A program made the translations under genes and the position numbers. A stretch of 63,858 bases of DNA, filler included, from Octopus bimaculoides (lineage: Eukaryota): assembly GCF_001194135.2 (NCBI RefSeq). It is 4 parts of 4 records of this genome, joined end to end, with 100 filler letters (N's around TTAATTAATTAA, not from the genome) between each part and the next. Parts side by side here need not be neighbours in the genome. Positions count along the whole stretch, not along the records: positions 1 to 29,798 come from NC_069005.1; positions 29,899 to 37,333 come from NC_068983.1; 2 more parts are not named here. The stretch is one strand, 5' to 3'. Below are positions 24,053 to 35,380 of the stretch, piece by piece. A model generated the notes under the pieces. That model saw only the letters and a list, made by a program, of their open reading frames with translations. It was not told the origin of the DNA and did no database searches. Positions within the stretch are counted from its first letter, which is position 1. Every line of letters begins with the position of its first letter.

Positions 24053-26345
24053 CTATTTCTTTATTTGGCACTACGGCCACAACACAGAGGGGACACTACA
24101 AAGACAGACACAACACCATAATGGGGACAAAAAACATAAAACGAATGAGAATGAGATGTTATATAAAAATGAAGAAATGAAATGGCTGCATGGGTCCCAC
24201 TCTCATGCAGTACCATTTGAACGTTTATATACACTATTTAACATCGTTCACCTTTTCTATTGTTTTTTTTCTTAATCATCTTTTATTGTTCCTTTTTTTT
24301 TTTCCTTTATTTTTCCTCTTTTTCCCAACAAAACAATTTTACTTTTTTTTTCTTTTTAATACTTCATGAAAGGCTCCAAGTCTTTTAGCTCAACTACTGG
24401 TGGCAGCTCATCGAACTCCACCAACACTCCGGGCGGGTCAATCTTGTCTCCNNNNNNNNNNNNNNNNNNNNNNNNNNNNNNNNNNNNNNNNNNNNNNNNN
24501 NNNNNNNNNNNNNNNNNNNNNNNNNNNNNNNNNNNNNNNNNNNNNNNNNNNNNNNNNNNNNNNNNNNNNNNNNNNNNNNNNNNNNNNNNNNNNNNNNNNN
24601 NNNNNNNNNNNNNNNNNNNNNNNNNNNNNNNNNNNNNNNNNNNNNNNNNNNNNNNNNNNNNNNNNNNNNNNNNNNNNNNNNNNNNNNNNNNNNNNNNNNN
24701 NNNNNNNNNNNNNNNNNNNNNNNNNNNNNNNNNNNNNNNNNNNNNNNNNNNNNNNNNNNNNNNNNNNNNNNNNNNNNNNNNNNNNNNNNNNTCGAACTCC
24801 ACCAACACTCCGGGCGGGTCAATCTTGTCTCCCCACATAGCTGCCAGACTCCTGTATGCGTCTTTATCTACAACAATGGCTTTCACATTCTCGGAGTGCA
24901 CATCCGTGGGTAACTTCACTCTTATAATCTATTTAAATTTTACAACTTTTCTCTCCGTCCCCTTGTTTTCTTGCATATGTCACAAAATTCCATTTATTTT
25001 TTCCTCTTCTTGGTTTTTTTCTTCCACTACTGGTATCTTTTCCTTTTCAACTCTGAATAATCTCTCCATTTCACCCTCGCACAGTTGCACTCCCGAATCT
25101 TTTTCCTTCGCTGGGACAACCGGCGTCTTTAGCACTGTTCCCTCCTTCTGTAACTCCTTCTCAAACACCTTTCCACTTACCTTCTCGCTTTCTTTCTCCA
25201 CCACTCCTTCGTCTGCCTTCCTTCTGGTCGCAGCTTTCATTTCCACCTCTTCTTTCTTCTTTTTCTGGTTTTCTGGTGGTGGGCTCGCTCTTCCACTTCT
25301 CCTCTTTCTTTCCAATACCGTGAATCCCTCCTCCATTGTATTTTCTTCCATCTCCACCTGTACTACCTGGTTCTTGCTCTCCTGCTTCTCCGTCTGTTCT
25401 CTCTGTGGGCACCTCACCTTCATGCGGCCTTTCTCCCCACATGCAAAACATATAGGCGGCCTGCCCTCCACTTTCACTCTCAATCTCAAGTCGTCGGGCT
25501 GCACTATCTCCTCAACGATTCTATTTAAATCTTCCGCTGTTGCCTCAATCCCGTATCCCCAGTAATCAACACTTTGTGTCCTTGTGGCCTTTAATATATT
25601 GTTCTCCTCCTTCATGTTGAACATTATTGCTGTCATCAGCCATGTTTCTTTTAGTTCTGGGGGCACTTTGCCCACTTGCACTCTGGCCACACGTTTGCCA
25701 CAGTACGAAGGCAAAAGCACCCACTCCTCCGATCTTATTGCCTCCATGGAGTGGTTAATTGCTTCTTCCTCTGTTGCAAAGCTTACCTCCATGGTGGCAT
25801 ACTTCCTTCCTCTTGTTATAAATTTTGTTTGTTTCCTTATACTTTTCAAACATTCCTCAATCTCCTCCACTTCGCGATCTCTATCTTTCTCGTTGCAATT
25901 TTCATTGTTTTGAATACCACAGTTCCTTTTTATTACACTGATTGTCAGTTCTGCAGGCGGCGTCAATTTCAACGTCTCCGACTTTCTGCAGCAACTTCTC
26001 ACATTCCTTCATTTTCCTCGGCTCCACCTTAATTTCAATTGTTTCCAATTTTCCCTCCTCTGTTCCTTTTCCAGTTGCGGCTGCATAACTGTGGCCACTC
26101 ACCGACGTTTTCTCTATTTTTTCCCCCAATGGGAAGAGAGAAAAAAAAACAATTCATGAACAATATCAACAATCAAACAGTACTAATCAACAACCAATTT
26201 TTTAACAAACAAATATTCAACGCTCTGACTTACTCCGCTATCGACAACTCAACTCTGAAATTCGATGGTCAACTACTCCGACGTCTAGACTTCTCCCTCT
26301 ATATCTACGTATTGGGCTAGCCTACTTCATCGTCTGAGAGCGTCG
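24053..26345 (-). mobile_element. ORF1-only L1/Tx1-derived element (HAL1-like)
   Basis: 5' UTR, ORF1, a short frameshifted extension, an A-rich/T-rich 3' region and AATAAA at 24060-24065. There is no room for EN/RT. Confidence 0.7.
24980..26002 (-). CDS. L1/Tx1 ORF1-like (gag-like) protein, 340+ aa; the frame probably began upstream at 26129 with a frameshift
   Basis: RRM-like core YATMEVSF...LLPSYCGKRVARVQVGKVPP, degenerate zinc knuckle CFACGEKGRMKVRC (His to Arg), and a charged C-terminus. Confidence 0.75.
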   Translation of the reverse strand: MRSCCRKSETLKLTPPAELTISVIKRNCGIQNNENCNEKDRDREVEEIEECLKSIRKQTKFITRGRKYATMEVSFATEEEAINHSMEAIRSEEWVLLPSYCGKRVARVQVGKVPPELKETWLMTAIMFNMKEENNILKATRTQSVDYWGYGIEATAEDLNRIVEEIVQPDDLRLRVKVEGRPPICFACGEKGRMKVRCPQREQTEKQESKNQVVQVEMEENTMEEGFTVLERKRRSGRASPPPENQKKKKEEVEMKAATRRKADEGVVEKESEKVSGKVFEKELQKEGTVLKTPVVPAKEKDSGVQLCEGEMERLFRVEKEKIPVVEEKNQEEEKINGIL

Positions 26346-26469
26346 ACACAACAAATAATAATAACAATAATTACAAGAATAATAATAATAAAAGTAATAA
26401 TGATAATAAAAACAGAAAAAAACTAATACCATGTGTGAGAAAACATGATATTCTGACTAGAAATCTATA

Positions 26470-26697
26470 CATAAGCAAGGTAACCCAGATAAAACCACAT
26501 GGATCATAATACCTTTCCCTAAACAATTAAAGCCAAATTTTATTAAATCCATTAGAACGATTATAAATAAAAACTTTAAAAACACTAGATATGGAACAAT
26601 ATTTAATAACAAACATATCAGATTTGGATTTTCAGTTTCTCCCAACCATTTTAAGATAATATCTTCCTTTAATAATAAAAAACTAGATTTATTTTAT
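26470..26697 (+). mobile_element. Penelope-like element, RT-EN linker fragment
   Basis: Manual translation KTTWIIIPFPKQLKPNFIKSIRTIINKNFKNTRYGTIFNNKHIRFGFSVSPNHFKIISSFNNKKL resembles the IWFNPP..KIFN..KISYS..N...II..HN linker. Confidence 0.65.
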
Positions 26698-27092
26698 TAG
26701 GTTGTTTCACATGAAATGCCGTATTTGAAAGCTAACGATAAAATGTCTCAGAAGTGTTAGAGAACTGATTTATTTAATCAAAGTATGATCCCTGTTCATT
26801 TATGATGTTTACCCAATGTTTTTCTATGTCATATATTCCATCTTTAAAAAAATTCATCTTTTGTTGTGATAAACTGTCCGAATGCGTCAATTACCTCTTC
26901 TCTATTTAAGAATGTGTTATTGCTTATGAAAAGCTCAAAATGCTTAAATAAGTAATGATCAGTAGGAGAGATACCAGGGGAATAGAGAGGATGTTGCAAA
27001 ATCTCATAATTCAGGCTTTGCAACTTTTGGACCGTAGCTTGAGGAGTGTGAGGACGTGCATTATCGTGGTTGGGAAGCGGACTTCTTACCAC
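26695..27092 (-). mobile_element. mariner transposon 3' fragment with TIR
   Basis: HDNARPH...HPLYSPGISPTDHYLF. TA-TTAGGTTGTTTCACATGAAATG is a TIR-like end. Confidence 0.85.
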
Positions 27093-28328
27093 TTAGCCAC
27101 ACCTACTCCTTACAAACTTCTTCAACTCTCCCGGCTTTCATCATATTCCAGAATTAAATCATTTTTGTTTCCAGTATTTTTCATCATTTTATACAAACGA
27201 ACATTTGCATAATTATTCATTTAGAGGTATCTAGTAAATATTTTTTGGACCATCTCTATTCACTAGTCTGGGTTGCTTCTTTCTCAAATTCTCATGCATA
27301 CAATCAATTTCCTGGCAAAACGATGTTGCTGTTACTGTTTTTACTTTGTTGCAAAAATGAATAAAGAATAACTCCCTTTGCAGACCACCATACAGTGACC
27401 ACTAACATTTTAAGGTGCAATGGTGGGTTTGGATAGTGTTTAGGTGACTCTCGTGCTTTTAATCACTGTCCTGTTCTCCTACTGTTGTCAAAGAGTATCT
27501 ATTTCTTATCACAAGTAATGATTTGCGGAGGGTCAAAATAGGTAACACTAACAGGACAGTGAAAACAAACAGGTAGGGCTGCTAAACCTAAACGAGGATG
27601 TGGTGGCGAACGCGTAAATCAAGCTAGGACAGGAGACAAACAAGAACACATCTTTGTTCCAGCTACAACGGAGAGAAAGAAAGATGGTCGATGGTCACGT
27701 GGGAGCCACGTGAGCAAGGGAGGTGAAGTGAGGAAGAAAGAGTGACAGAGTAATAGGATAAAATAGTGGGAGAAGAGGAGGTAAAAGAATAAGAGAGAGA
27801 GAGAAACGAAAGCGTAAAACAATCGTATAGAGTGTGTATCAGAATTATTAAGATAAAACTTACTTGGAAGAGGGTGCGTGGCGTTCAGTCATATAATAAT
27901 ATAAATAATATGTGTATATATNNNNNNNNNNNNNNNNNNNNNNNNNNNNNNNNNNNNNNNNNNNNNNNNNNNNNNNNNNNNNNNNNNNNNNNNNNNNNNN
28001 NNNNNNNNNNNNNNNNNNNNNNNNNNNNNNNNNNNNNNNNNNNNNNNNNNNNNNNNNNNNNNNNNNNNNNNNNNNNNNNNNNNNNNNNNNNNNNNNNNNN
28101 NNNNNNNNNNNNNNNNNNNNNNNNNNNNNNNNNNNNNNNNNNNNNNNNNNNNNNNNNNNNNNNTGATTCGGCATCTATTTCTAGCATATAGGAGTCCACT
28201 TTTGCTGGTCATTCCTCTTATTTTTGTATGTAATATAATTTTAATCTTCGGATTTTTTAATATGCTAGACCACTGGTTTTAATTGATTAATATCAATTTC
28301 TACCCTCATTAATAAATTTTAGATAGAC

Positions 28329-28380
<52 letters not shown>

Positions 28381-28606
28381 GGATGGATGGATGGATGGAT
28401 GGATGGATGGATGGATTGATGGATGGATGGATGGATAGATGGATGGATGGATAGATTGATAGATAGATAAGGGCAAAAGAAAAACATTTTCTATGCCAAT
28501 ATGCTGAAAAATAGACCTTAAATCGTTTAACCACACACGATATTTCTCACTATAAATAAACAGCGTGTTGAAAGGAAGAAAGTAAGCTAACAGAAGTTTT
28601 TAAAAT

Positions 28607-28678
28607 TCGTTATTCCCGAATCGGACCGATTTCTGGATTAATCCACAAGGATTCTTCCTTCTTCAGCGAGAAACACGA
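28607..28678 (-). ncRNA. putative type I hammerhead ribozyme
   Basis: Minus strand UCGUGUUUCUCG-CUGAAGA-A-GGAAGAAUCCUUGUGGAUUAAUCC-A-GAA-AUCG-GUC-CGAU-U-CGGGAAUAACGA has the conserved core and stems I, II and III all pairable. Confidence 0.75.
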
Positions 28679-29073
28679 TTAGAATAAATGGAACACTTAC
28701 ATAGACCCACGGAAAGAACAGATGCAAAGCCATGTGTACATTTAAGTACCCCAAATATATCCAAACAGAAATTCTATAGCAAGTCTCTTTTGCTCTTATT
28801 TATAATTGTTTATAATTTTCACTTTGAAAGATATTTTGATATGCTAGCCACCGATAAAATTTGTTTGAAAAAATGTTATCCTTATGTTAGAAGTAAATTT
28901 ATTACCATTCACTTCGGGACTTGTAACCACTGTACGTGACTTTTACAGAACGTCTACACGTGTGCTGAGGCTTGCTACACAATTTCTATTTAGCTATGTT
29001 TGGGGTACTTAAATGTACACATGGCTTTGCATCTGTTCTTTCCGTGGGTCTATGTAAGTGTTCCATTTATTCT

Positions 29074-29146
29074 AATCGTGTTTCTCGATGAAGAAGGAGG
29101 AATCCTTGTGGATTAATCCAGAAATCGGTCCAATTCGGGAATAACG
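29074..29146 (+). ncRNA. mutated second copy of the hammerhead (C3 to A; stem III G to A)
   Basis: tttctcg ATGAAGA aggaggaatccttgtggattaatcca GAAA tcggtccaat tc gggaataacg. Confidence 0.55.
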
Positions 29147-29377
29147 AATTTTTAAAAATTCTGTTAGCTTGCTTTCTTCGTTTCAACACGCTGTTTATTT
29201 ATTGTGAAAAATATTGTATGTGGTTAAACGATTTAAAGTCTATTTTTCAGCATATTGGCATAAAAAATATTTTTCTTTTGCCCTCATTTGTAATTGTTTA
29301 TAATTTTCACCTTGAATAGTATTTTAATATTCTGGCCACTGCTAAAAGTTTGTTTTTTAAATATATATATATACACA

Positions 29378-29798
29378 TACAGGGGTTGGACAAAATAATG
29401 GAAACATCTTAAAATTTCAAACAAATTTATTTTAATATGGGGTAGGACCGCCTTTGGTAGTAATTACAGCTTGAATTCTACGAGATATGGACTCGTACGC
29501 AGTTTCAATTGTTTCCAAATGAATTTTTGTCCATTCTTCAGTTAAAACAGTCTCCAGTTCTTGTAGTGATGATGGTGGAGGATATTGACTCCTTACTTGT
29601 TTTTCTAAAATGCATCATAAATGTTCAATAATATCGAAATCTGGGGACTGTGGTGGCCAGATAAGATGTTCAACTTCACTAGAATGTTCCTCGTGCCATT
29701 CAGTAACAACTTTAGCTGTGTGAAGCAGGGCATTATCATCCTGTAAGATTGAGTTTCCCTTCGGAAACAGTTCTGCAACCATAGGATGAATTTAGTCA
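29378..29798 (-). mobile_element. Tc1-family transposon 3' end with TIR
   Basis: QDDNALLHTAKVV...WPPQSPDFDIIEHL...GGPTPY* (DDE C-terminus). TA plus CAGGGGTTGGACAAAATAATGGAAACA terminus at 29378-29406. Confidence 0.9.
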
Positions 29799-29898
29799 NN
29801 NNNNNNNNNNNNNNNNNNNNNNNNNNNNNNNNNNNNNNNNNNTTAATTAATTAANNNNNNNNNNNNNNNNNNNNNNNNNNNNNNNNNNNNNNNNNNNN

Positions 29899-29932
<34 letters not shown>

Positions 29933-30676
29933 CATATGTATATATATATATATGAATATATGTATACATACATACATACATGCATGCATACATACATATA
30001 TATACATACATGTATACATACATGTTGGTTACTGTCCATTTGAAATGACATCATTTGCTGGTGTACTTCTCGAGATACCGGAATCTACTTTACCAGAGCA
30101 GTTCGCTGAGTGTTTTCCATTGATTACCATCACAAATCTCTCTCACTCTCTCTCTCCCTCTCCCTCTCCCTCTCCCCCTCTCTCTATAGATCTCACCAGT
30201 CCATCACTAAACACCCCCTTCTTGTACATTCCATTCTCCTTTCCCCAGTTCCTTTCTCCTTTTCTCTTTTATTTATTCGTTTATTTTACATTTTATTTTA
30301 TCGTTTCATTTCATATTCTGTTTTTCTTTTTCCTTTTCATTTTCCTTTATATCACCCTCCGTTGTTTTTTATATTATGTTTATTAAATAATTGTTTATAT
30401 ATTTATTGAATTTTGTTTTTTTTATGCGCTTACATATTTATTTAATCATATTTTTTTCTCAAATTGATTTTTGCATTTATGTTTCTAAATTATTTTTTCC
30501 TCTGTATCATCGTCATCATCATTATCATCATCATGTTCGTCACTTTCGTCGTCTTCGTTGTCATCATTATCAGCATCACTACCGTCATCATCATCACCAT
30601 CATCATGACGTCATCGTTATCGTCGTGGTGGTGGTAGCAATAACAATAATAATAATAATAACAACAATAATAATGA

Positions 30677-30720
<44 letters not shown>

Positions 30721-30807
30721 ATAATAATAACAATAGCAATAATAATAATAACAACAAAAACAACAACAACAACAACAATAATAATAATAATAATAATAAT
30801 AATAATT

Positions 30808-30838
<31 letters not shown>

Positions 30839-31875
30839 TAATAATAATAATAATAATAATAATGATAATAATNNNNNNNNNNNNNNNNNNNNNNNNNNNN
30901 NNNNNNNNNNNNNNNNNNNNNNNNNNNNNNNNNNNNNNNNNNNNNNNNNNNNNNNNNNNNNNNNNNNNNNNNNNNNNNNNNNNNNNNNNNNNNNNNNNNN
31001 NNNNNNNNNNNNNNNNNNNNNNNNNNNNNNNNNNNNNNNNNNNNNNNNNNNNNNNNNNNNNNNNNNNNNNNNNNNNNNNNNNNNNNNNNNNNNNNNNNNN
31101 NNNNNNNNNNNNNNNNNNNNNNNNNNNNNNNNNNNNNNNNNNNNNNNNNNNNNNNNNNNNNNNNNNNNNNNNNNNNNNNNNNNNNNNNNNNNNNNNNNNN
31201 NNNNNNNNNNNNNNNNNNNNNNNNNNNNNNNNNNNNNNNNNNNNNNNNNNNNNNNNNNNNNNNNNNNNNNNNNNNNNNNNNNNNNNNNNNNNNNNNNNNN
31301 NNNNNNNNNNNNNNNNNNNNNNNNNNNNNNNNNNNNNNNNNNNNNNNNNNNNNNNNNNNNNNNNNNNNNNNNNNNNNNNNNNNNNNNNNNNNNNNNNNNN
31401 NNNNNNNNNNNNNNNNNNNNNNNNNNNNNNNNNNNNNNNNNNNNNNNNNNNNNNNNNNNNNNNNTATATATATATATATATATATATATATCCACATGTA
31501 TATATACATATATACATATATATACATATACATATATTTATGCACACATATATACATATATATGTATATATAGGTATACGCAAACACACACGCACATAGA
31601 TATACATATAATAGAAAGTGGGGAGGAATATGCTTTTTATTTCTTTAAGGGAGGGGCCAACCCAGCGCTGAACTTAATGATACACTTGTAAATGTATTTT
31701 ATATGTATTGAATTAACATCGCGTAAATATAAAATGGCCATTTCGTTAATATACTTGTATGTACGTTCTAATGCGTACATGATTGCGTATAAACATACGC
31801 ACGTTTTCATATCATTGTATACATATAAATACAAGCAAATATATTCGTATGTTTGTATAAATATATAGGCACAAA

Positions 31876-32030
31876 CGTGGCTGTGTGGTAAGAAATTTGC
31901 TTCCCAATCACTTGTTTGTGAGTTCACTCCCACAATGTGACACCTTGTGCAAGTGTTTTCTACTATAACATCGGGCCGACACAGCCTTGTGAATGGATTT
32001 AGTAGACGGAAACGAAATGAAGCCCGTTGT
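31876..32030 (+). mobile_element. S1 SINE
   Basis: gtggctgtgtggtaagaaatttgcttcccaatc...gagttcactccc...caccttgtgcaagtg. Confidence 0.8.
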
Positions 32031-32059
32031 GTATGTATTTATGTATGTATTTAACTTCG

Positions 32060-32353
32060 AACAGACAGTTAACAGCGACGCCTGCTGGGTTCGACTACTC
32101 CACATTGATAAAGGGCAAATACCCTGAAACTAGTCTGTGAATGTCTGAACCAGCATGGGGAAGCTGATGACCTCCCCTGTTCGAAGGATGTAGTAGGCAC
32201 AGGTTTGTGTGTCACATAGCTAGCTAGAAGGGATGGCCTCTTGGAGCTAATCAACAGCAGCATTCGTCCTATTTTCCTGGACTGCCGTGTTAGCTTGGTG
32301 ATAACTATTAATTCCCAGTACTGCTGCCGTAGTCTCCTTTAGAGAGATTTAGA

Positions 32354-32421
<68 letters not shown>
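32060..32421 (+). mobile_element. 3' end of an (AAT)n-tailed retroelement
   Basis: A GC-richer block ends abruptly in a long (AAT)n tail. The family was not identified. Confidence 0.45.
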
Positions 32422-32427
<6 letters not shown>

Positions 32428-32519
32428 CTCAACACCGTATTGATGGATATATTTTATTTATCTATGAATTAAAACTACCATTAGTTTCATGTTAAGAAAA
32501 TTAAGAAAAAATATCTAGT

Positions 32520-32880
32520 GTCTCACTAATACGGAGTTCATATTTGGTACCCTGTCCTGTATATTAGCAATTATTTTCCATTCTATCTGAGGGTTGCTTA
32601 TTCTACCTTCTTTAAATTTCCATATCATATTTGACAGGGATATTACATGGCTTTCATTTTTGTCTCAGTATGACGCCAAGTGATTCTGGTGTGTTTTTAT
32701 ATTTATTGTGATTAAGTATTATTGAAACCATTTTGGGAAGACAGCTATAGCATTATACAATCAACAGATAATATCCTAAGCATTAGGGATGAAACCTTCT
32801 CTCCCTGCATACACAAGCAATATTTTACACTCAAATACTTCAAAGAACAGCCACCATCTGCGACGGTAATCCCACCAGGA
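32520..32880 (-). mobile_element. degenerate Penelope GIY-YIG C-terminal fragment
   Basis: NHNKYKNT...LSNMIWKFKEGRISNPQIEWKIIAN resembles the KYRN.T.LS.YIW.LK....I.W.I signature. It is frameshifted. Confidence 0.5.
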
Positions 32881-33253
32881 TAGCCCCTTTCCTGAACGTG
32901 AAATTGGAAAACACATATGACACAAACTATACACACAGAAGAAATATTCTCCAGCGACGATCTACCCCAGCACACAAGTATAAGAACACCACACTCGTGC
33001 TGTTATAACGCTTTAAATGTTTTACTCACCAAACTGAACGCGAGTACTTATTTTAACTTGGTTACTATTTTATCAGTACTCTGCTATTCAACTGCTACGT
33101 TATGGGGGTATAAATAAACCAGCACCAGTTGTCAAGTGGTAGTCCCAAAGTTAAAGAAGTGCTACACATCACACATACATACGTACATACATACTTGTAT
33201 ACAAGTATACGTATGTACGTACTTGCATACATACATAGCAACAACACATTTGC

Positions 33254-33305
<52 letters not shown>

Positions 33306-34036
33306 TCATACATTTCTCTTCATACATACACTTACTTATATATAAACTTATATGGTATATACACACAATTATACCCACATGTATATACATAATTGCATAC
33401 ATATATGTAAGTGTACATTCATAAATACATGCCTATATGCGTGTGTTATATGCATGTGTGTGGGTGGGTGGATGGGAGGTAATCACACGCAAGAATGTAT
33501 GTATTCATGTTTGTTTCGTTTTTTCTGTATATACATCTAATGTCAACAAATATAAAGCTTTCAACATTTTAAAATCTTTTCAACCTGAAAATCTAAAATT
33601 CTTGGTGTTATATATTCCTTATCATTTGTTTTTCTGCGACAAAATTATATTTTCCAATTGAAATTTCAGCAAAAATTTTCGAAAGTCTTTCAAATGCTGA
33701 TGGATGTGTCATCAATAAGACTTTGAGAATATCACAATATCTAAATTCGATTGTATTGACCACTATCATTTTATTGAAACTATTTAAAAAATTGTAAATA
33801 TTTTACCGTTATATCGATTTTCATTACTTACACATACGCGCGCGCTCACACACACACATACACATACACTTTTACACACACAAACATATGTATGTGCAGT
33901 TTCACTGCATGGCACCTTGAGCAAGTGCCTTCTACTAAAGCCCAGTGACCACCCAAGTGTGAGTAGATTTCCTAGAATCAGCAGAAAGAATAATCACAGA
34001 GACACATACACACGCACACACACGCACATACACACA

Positions 34037-34083
<47 letters not shown>

Positions 34084-34363
34084 NNNNNNNNNNNNNNNNN
34101 NNNNNNNNNNNNNNNNNNNNNNNNNNNNNNNNNNNNNNNNNNNNNNNNNNNNNNNNNNNNNNNNNNNNNNNNNNNNNNNNNNNNNNNNNNNNNNNNNNNN
34201 NNNNNNNNTATATATATATATATTCTTTTACTAATCTACGATCGGACTCAGTAGTGACTCAAGTATGCAAGTTTGTACGACGCTGAGCATCAGCATCAAT
34301 ATAGGCTAACGCGCAGAATTCGAGTCACATGATAAAATGATAACAACAAAAACAGCAACAACA

Positions 34364-34409
<46 letters not shown>

Positions 34410-34901
34410 CAACAACGATAATAATAACAACAATAATGATAAGCCGAAAACGTATGGTATTCAATGCTTTATAAGACAAACACGTGTTTCTGTCAAACGC
34501 CGAAATGATTACGTCACCGTTGTAGAAACCGTATGCCATTTCACATTATACTTCATCAGTGTACGCAAATAGAAACTAAGTCCGAATCATGGTTCAATAT
34601 TTTGTTCCTAAACAAGAAACTATTGTAGGGATAAACCCCTTAATAAACACAAACACAATGGCTTTCAACTCAGCAAATGCTACTACAATTACCAAAATAC
34701 CCTCCAACTTACAACCACAAAACTCACTCACACACACACACAGACACACACACACATGAAATTTATTCCCTATAAAAGGGCCCATATGTCAAATTACCAC
34801 TAAAAATTTAGGCCCCTTATACAAATACTTCATACATATACATATGCACGCATGCATGCATGCAAACATACATGCACATATACATACACACACACACAAA
34901 A

Positions 34902-34932
<31 letters not shown>

Positions 34933-35339
34933 CATACATACATATATTTATCTATACATATGTATACACACACATACAAATATCTCTTACATACATAAAT
35001 GCACACATAAATATGTATATATATAAATATGTATATATATAAATATGTATATATACCACATACACACATATATATATATACATGTATGTGTGTTTGCATG
35101 TGTGTGAGTGCATGTGTTTGTGTGTATGTATGTGTGTGTATGTTGGCTAATTGTGGCGGGGCGTGTTTATAGAATTCACAGCTATATATATAATTTTTAT
35201 TATATAACATTTTTAACGAATTAGAATTGTAAATAATGTGACTGCCTCATATTCAATGAATGATTCGCAGAACATACGCTATCAGAATCAATACACATCA
35301 TAAATACGTTATAATATTTGTTAACAAAGAAAACAAATC

Positions 35340-35380
<41 letters not shown>

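Larger units (their letters stand above)
28470..29284. repeat. 314-bp inverted repeat (28470-28783 / 28971-29284), 187-bp spacer; probable inverted Penelope pseudo-LTR pair
   Basis: The arms align by eye over their full length, with long identical runs (e.g. 28678-28752 vs 29002-29076). Each arm carries a hammerhead motif. Confidence 0.9.

Noticed and set aside
24411-24832. Identical 41-bp sequence on both sides of the 340-N gap
   Set aside because: Most likely overlapping contig ends (a false gap). Collapsing it restores a continuous reading frame.
29843-29854. TTAATTAATTAA islands inside N runs (also 37378-37389 and 62541-62552)
   Set aside because: The same 12-mer, with stops in all six frames, is centred in ~100-N spacers. 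It is an assembly/scaffolding marker, not biology.
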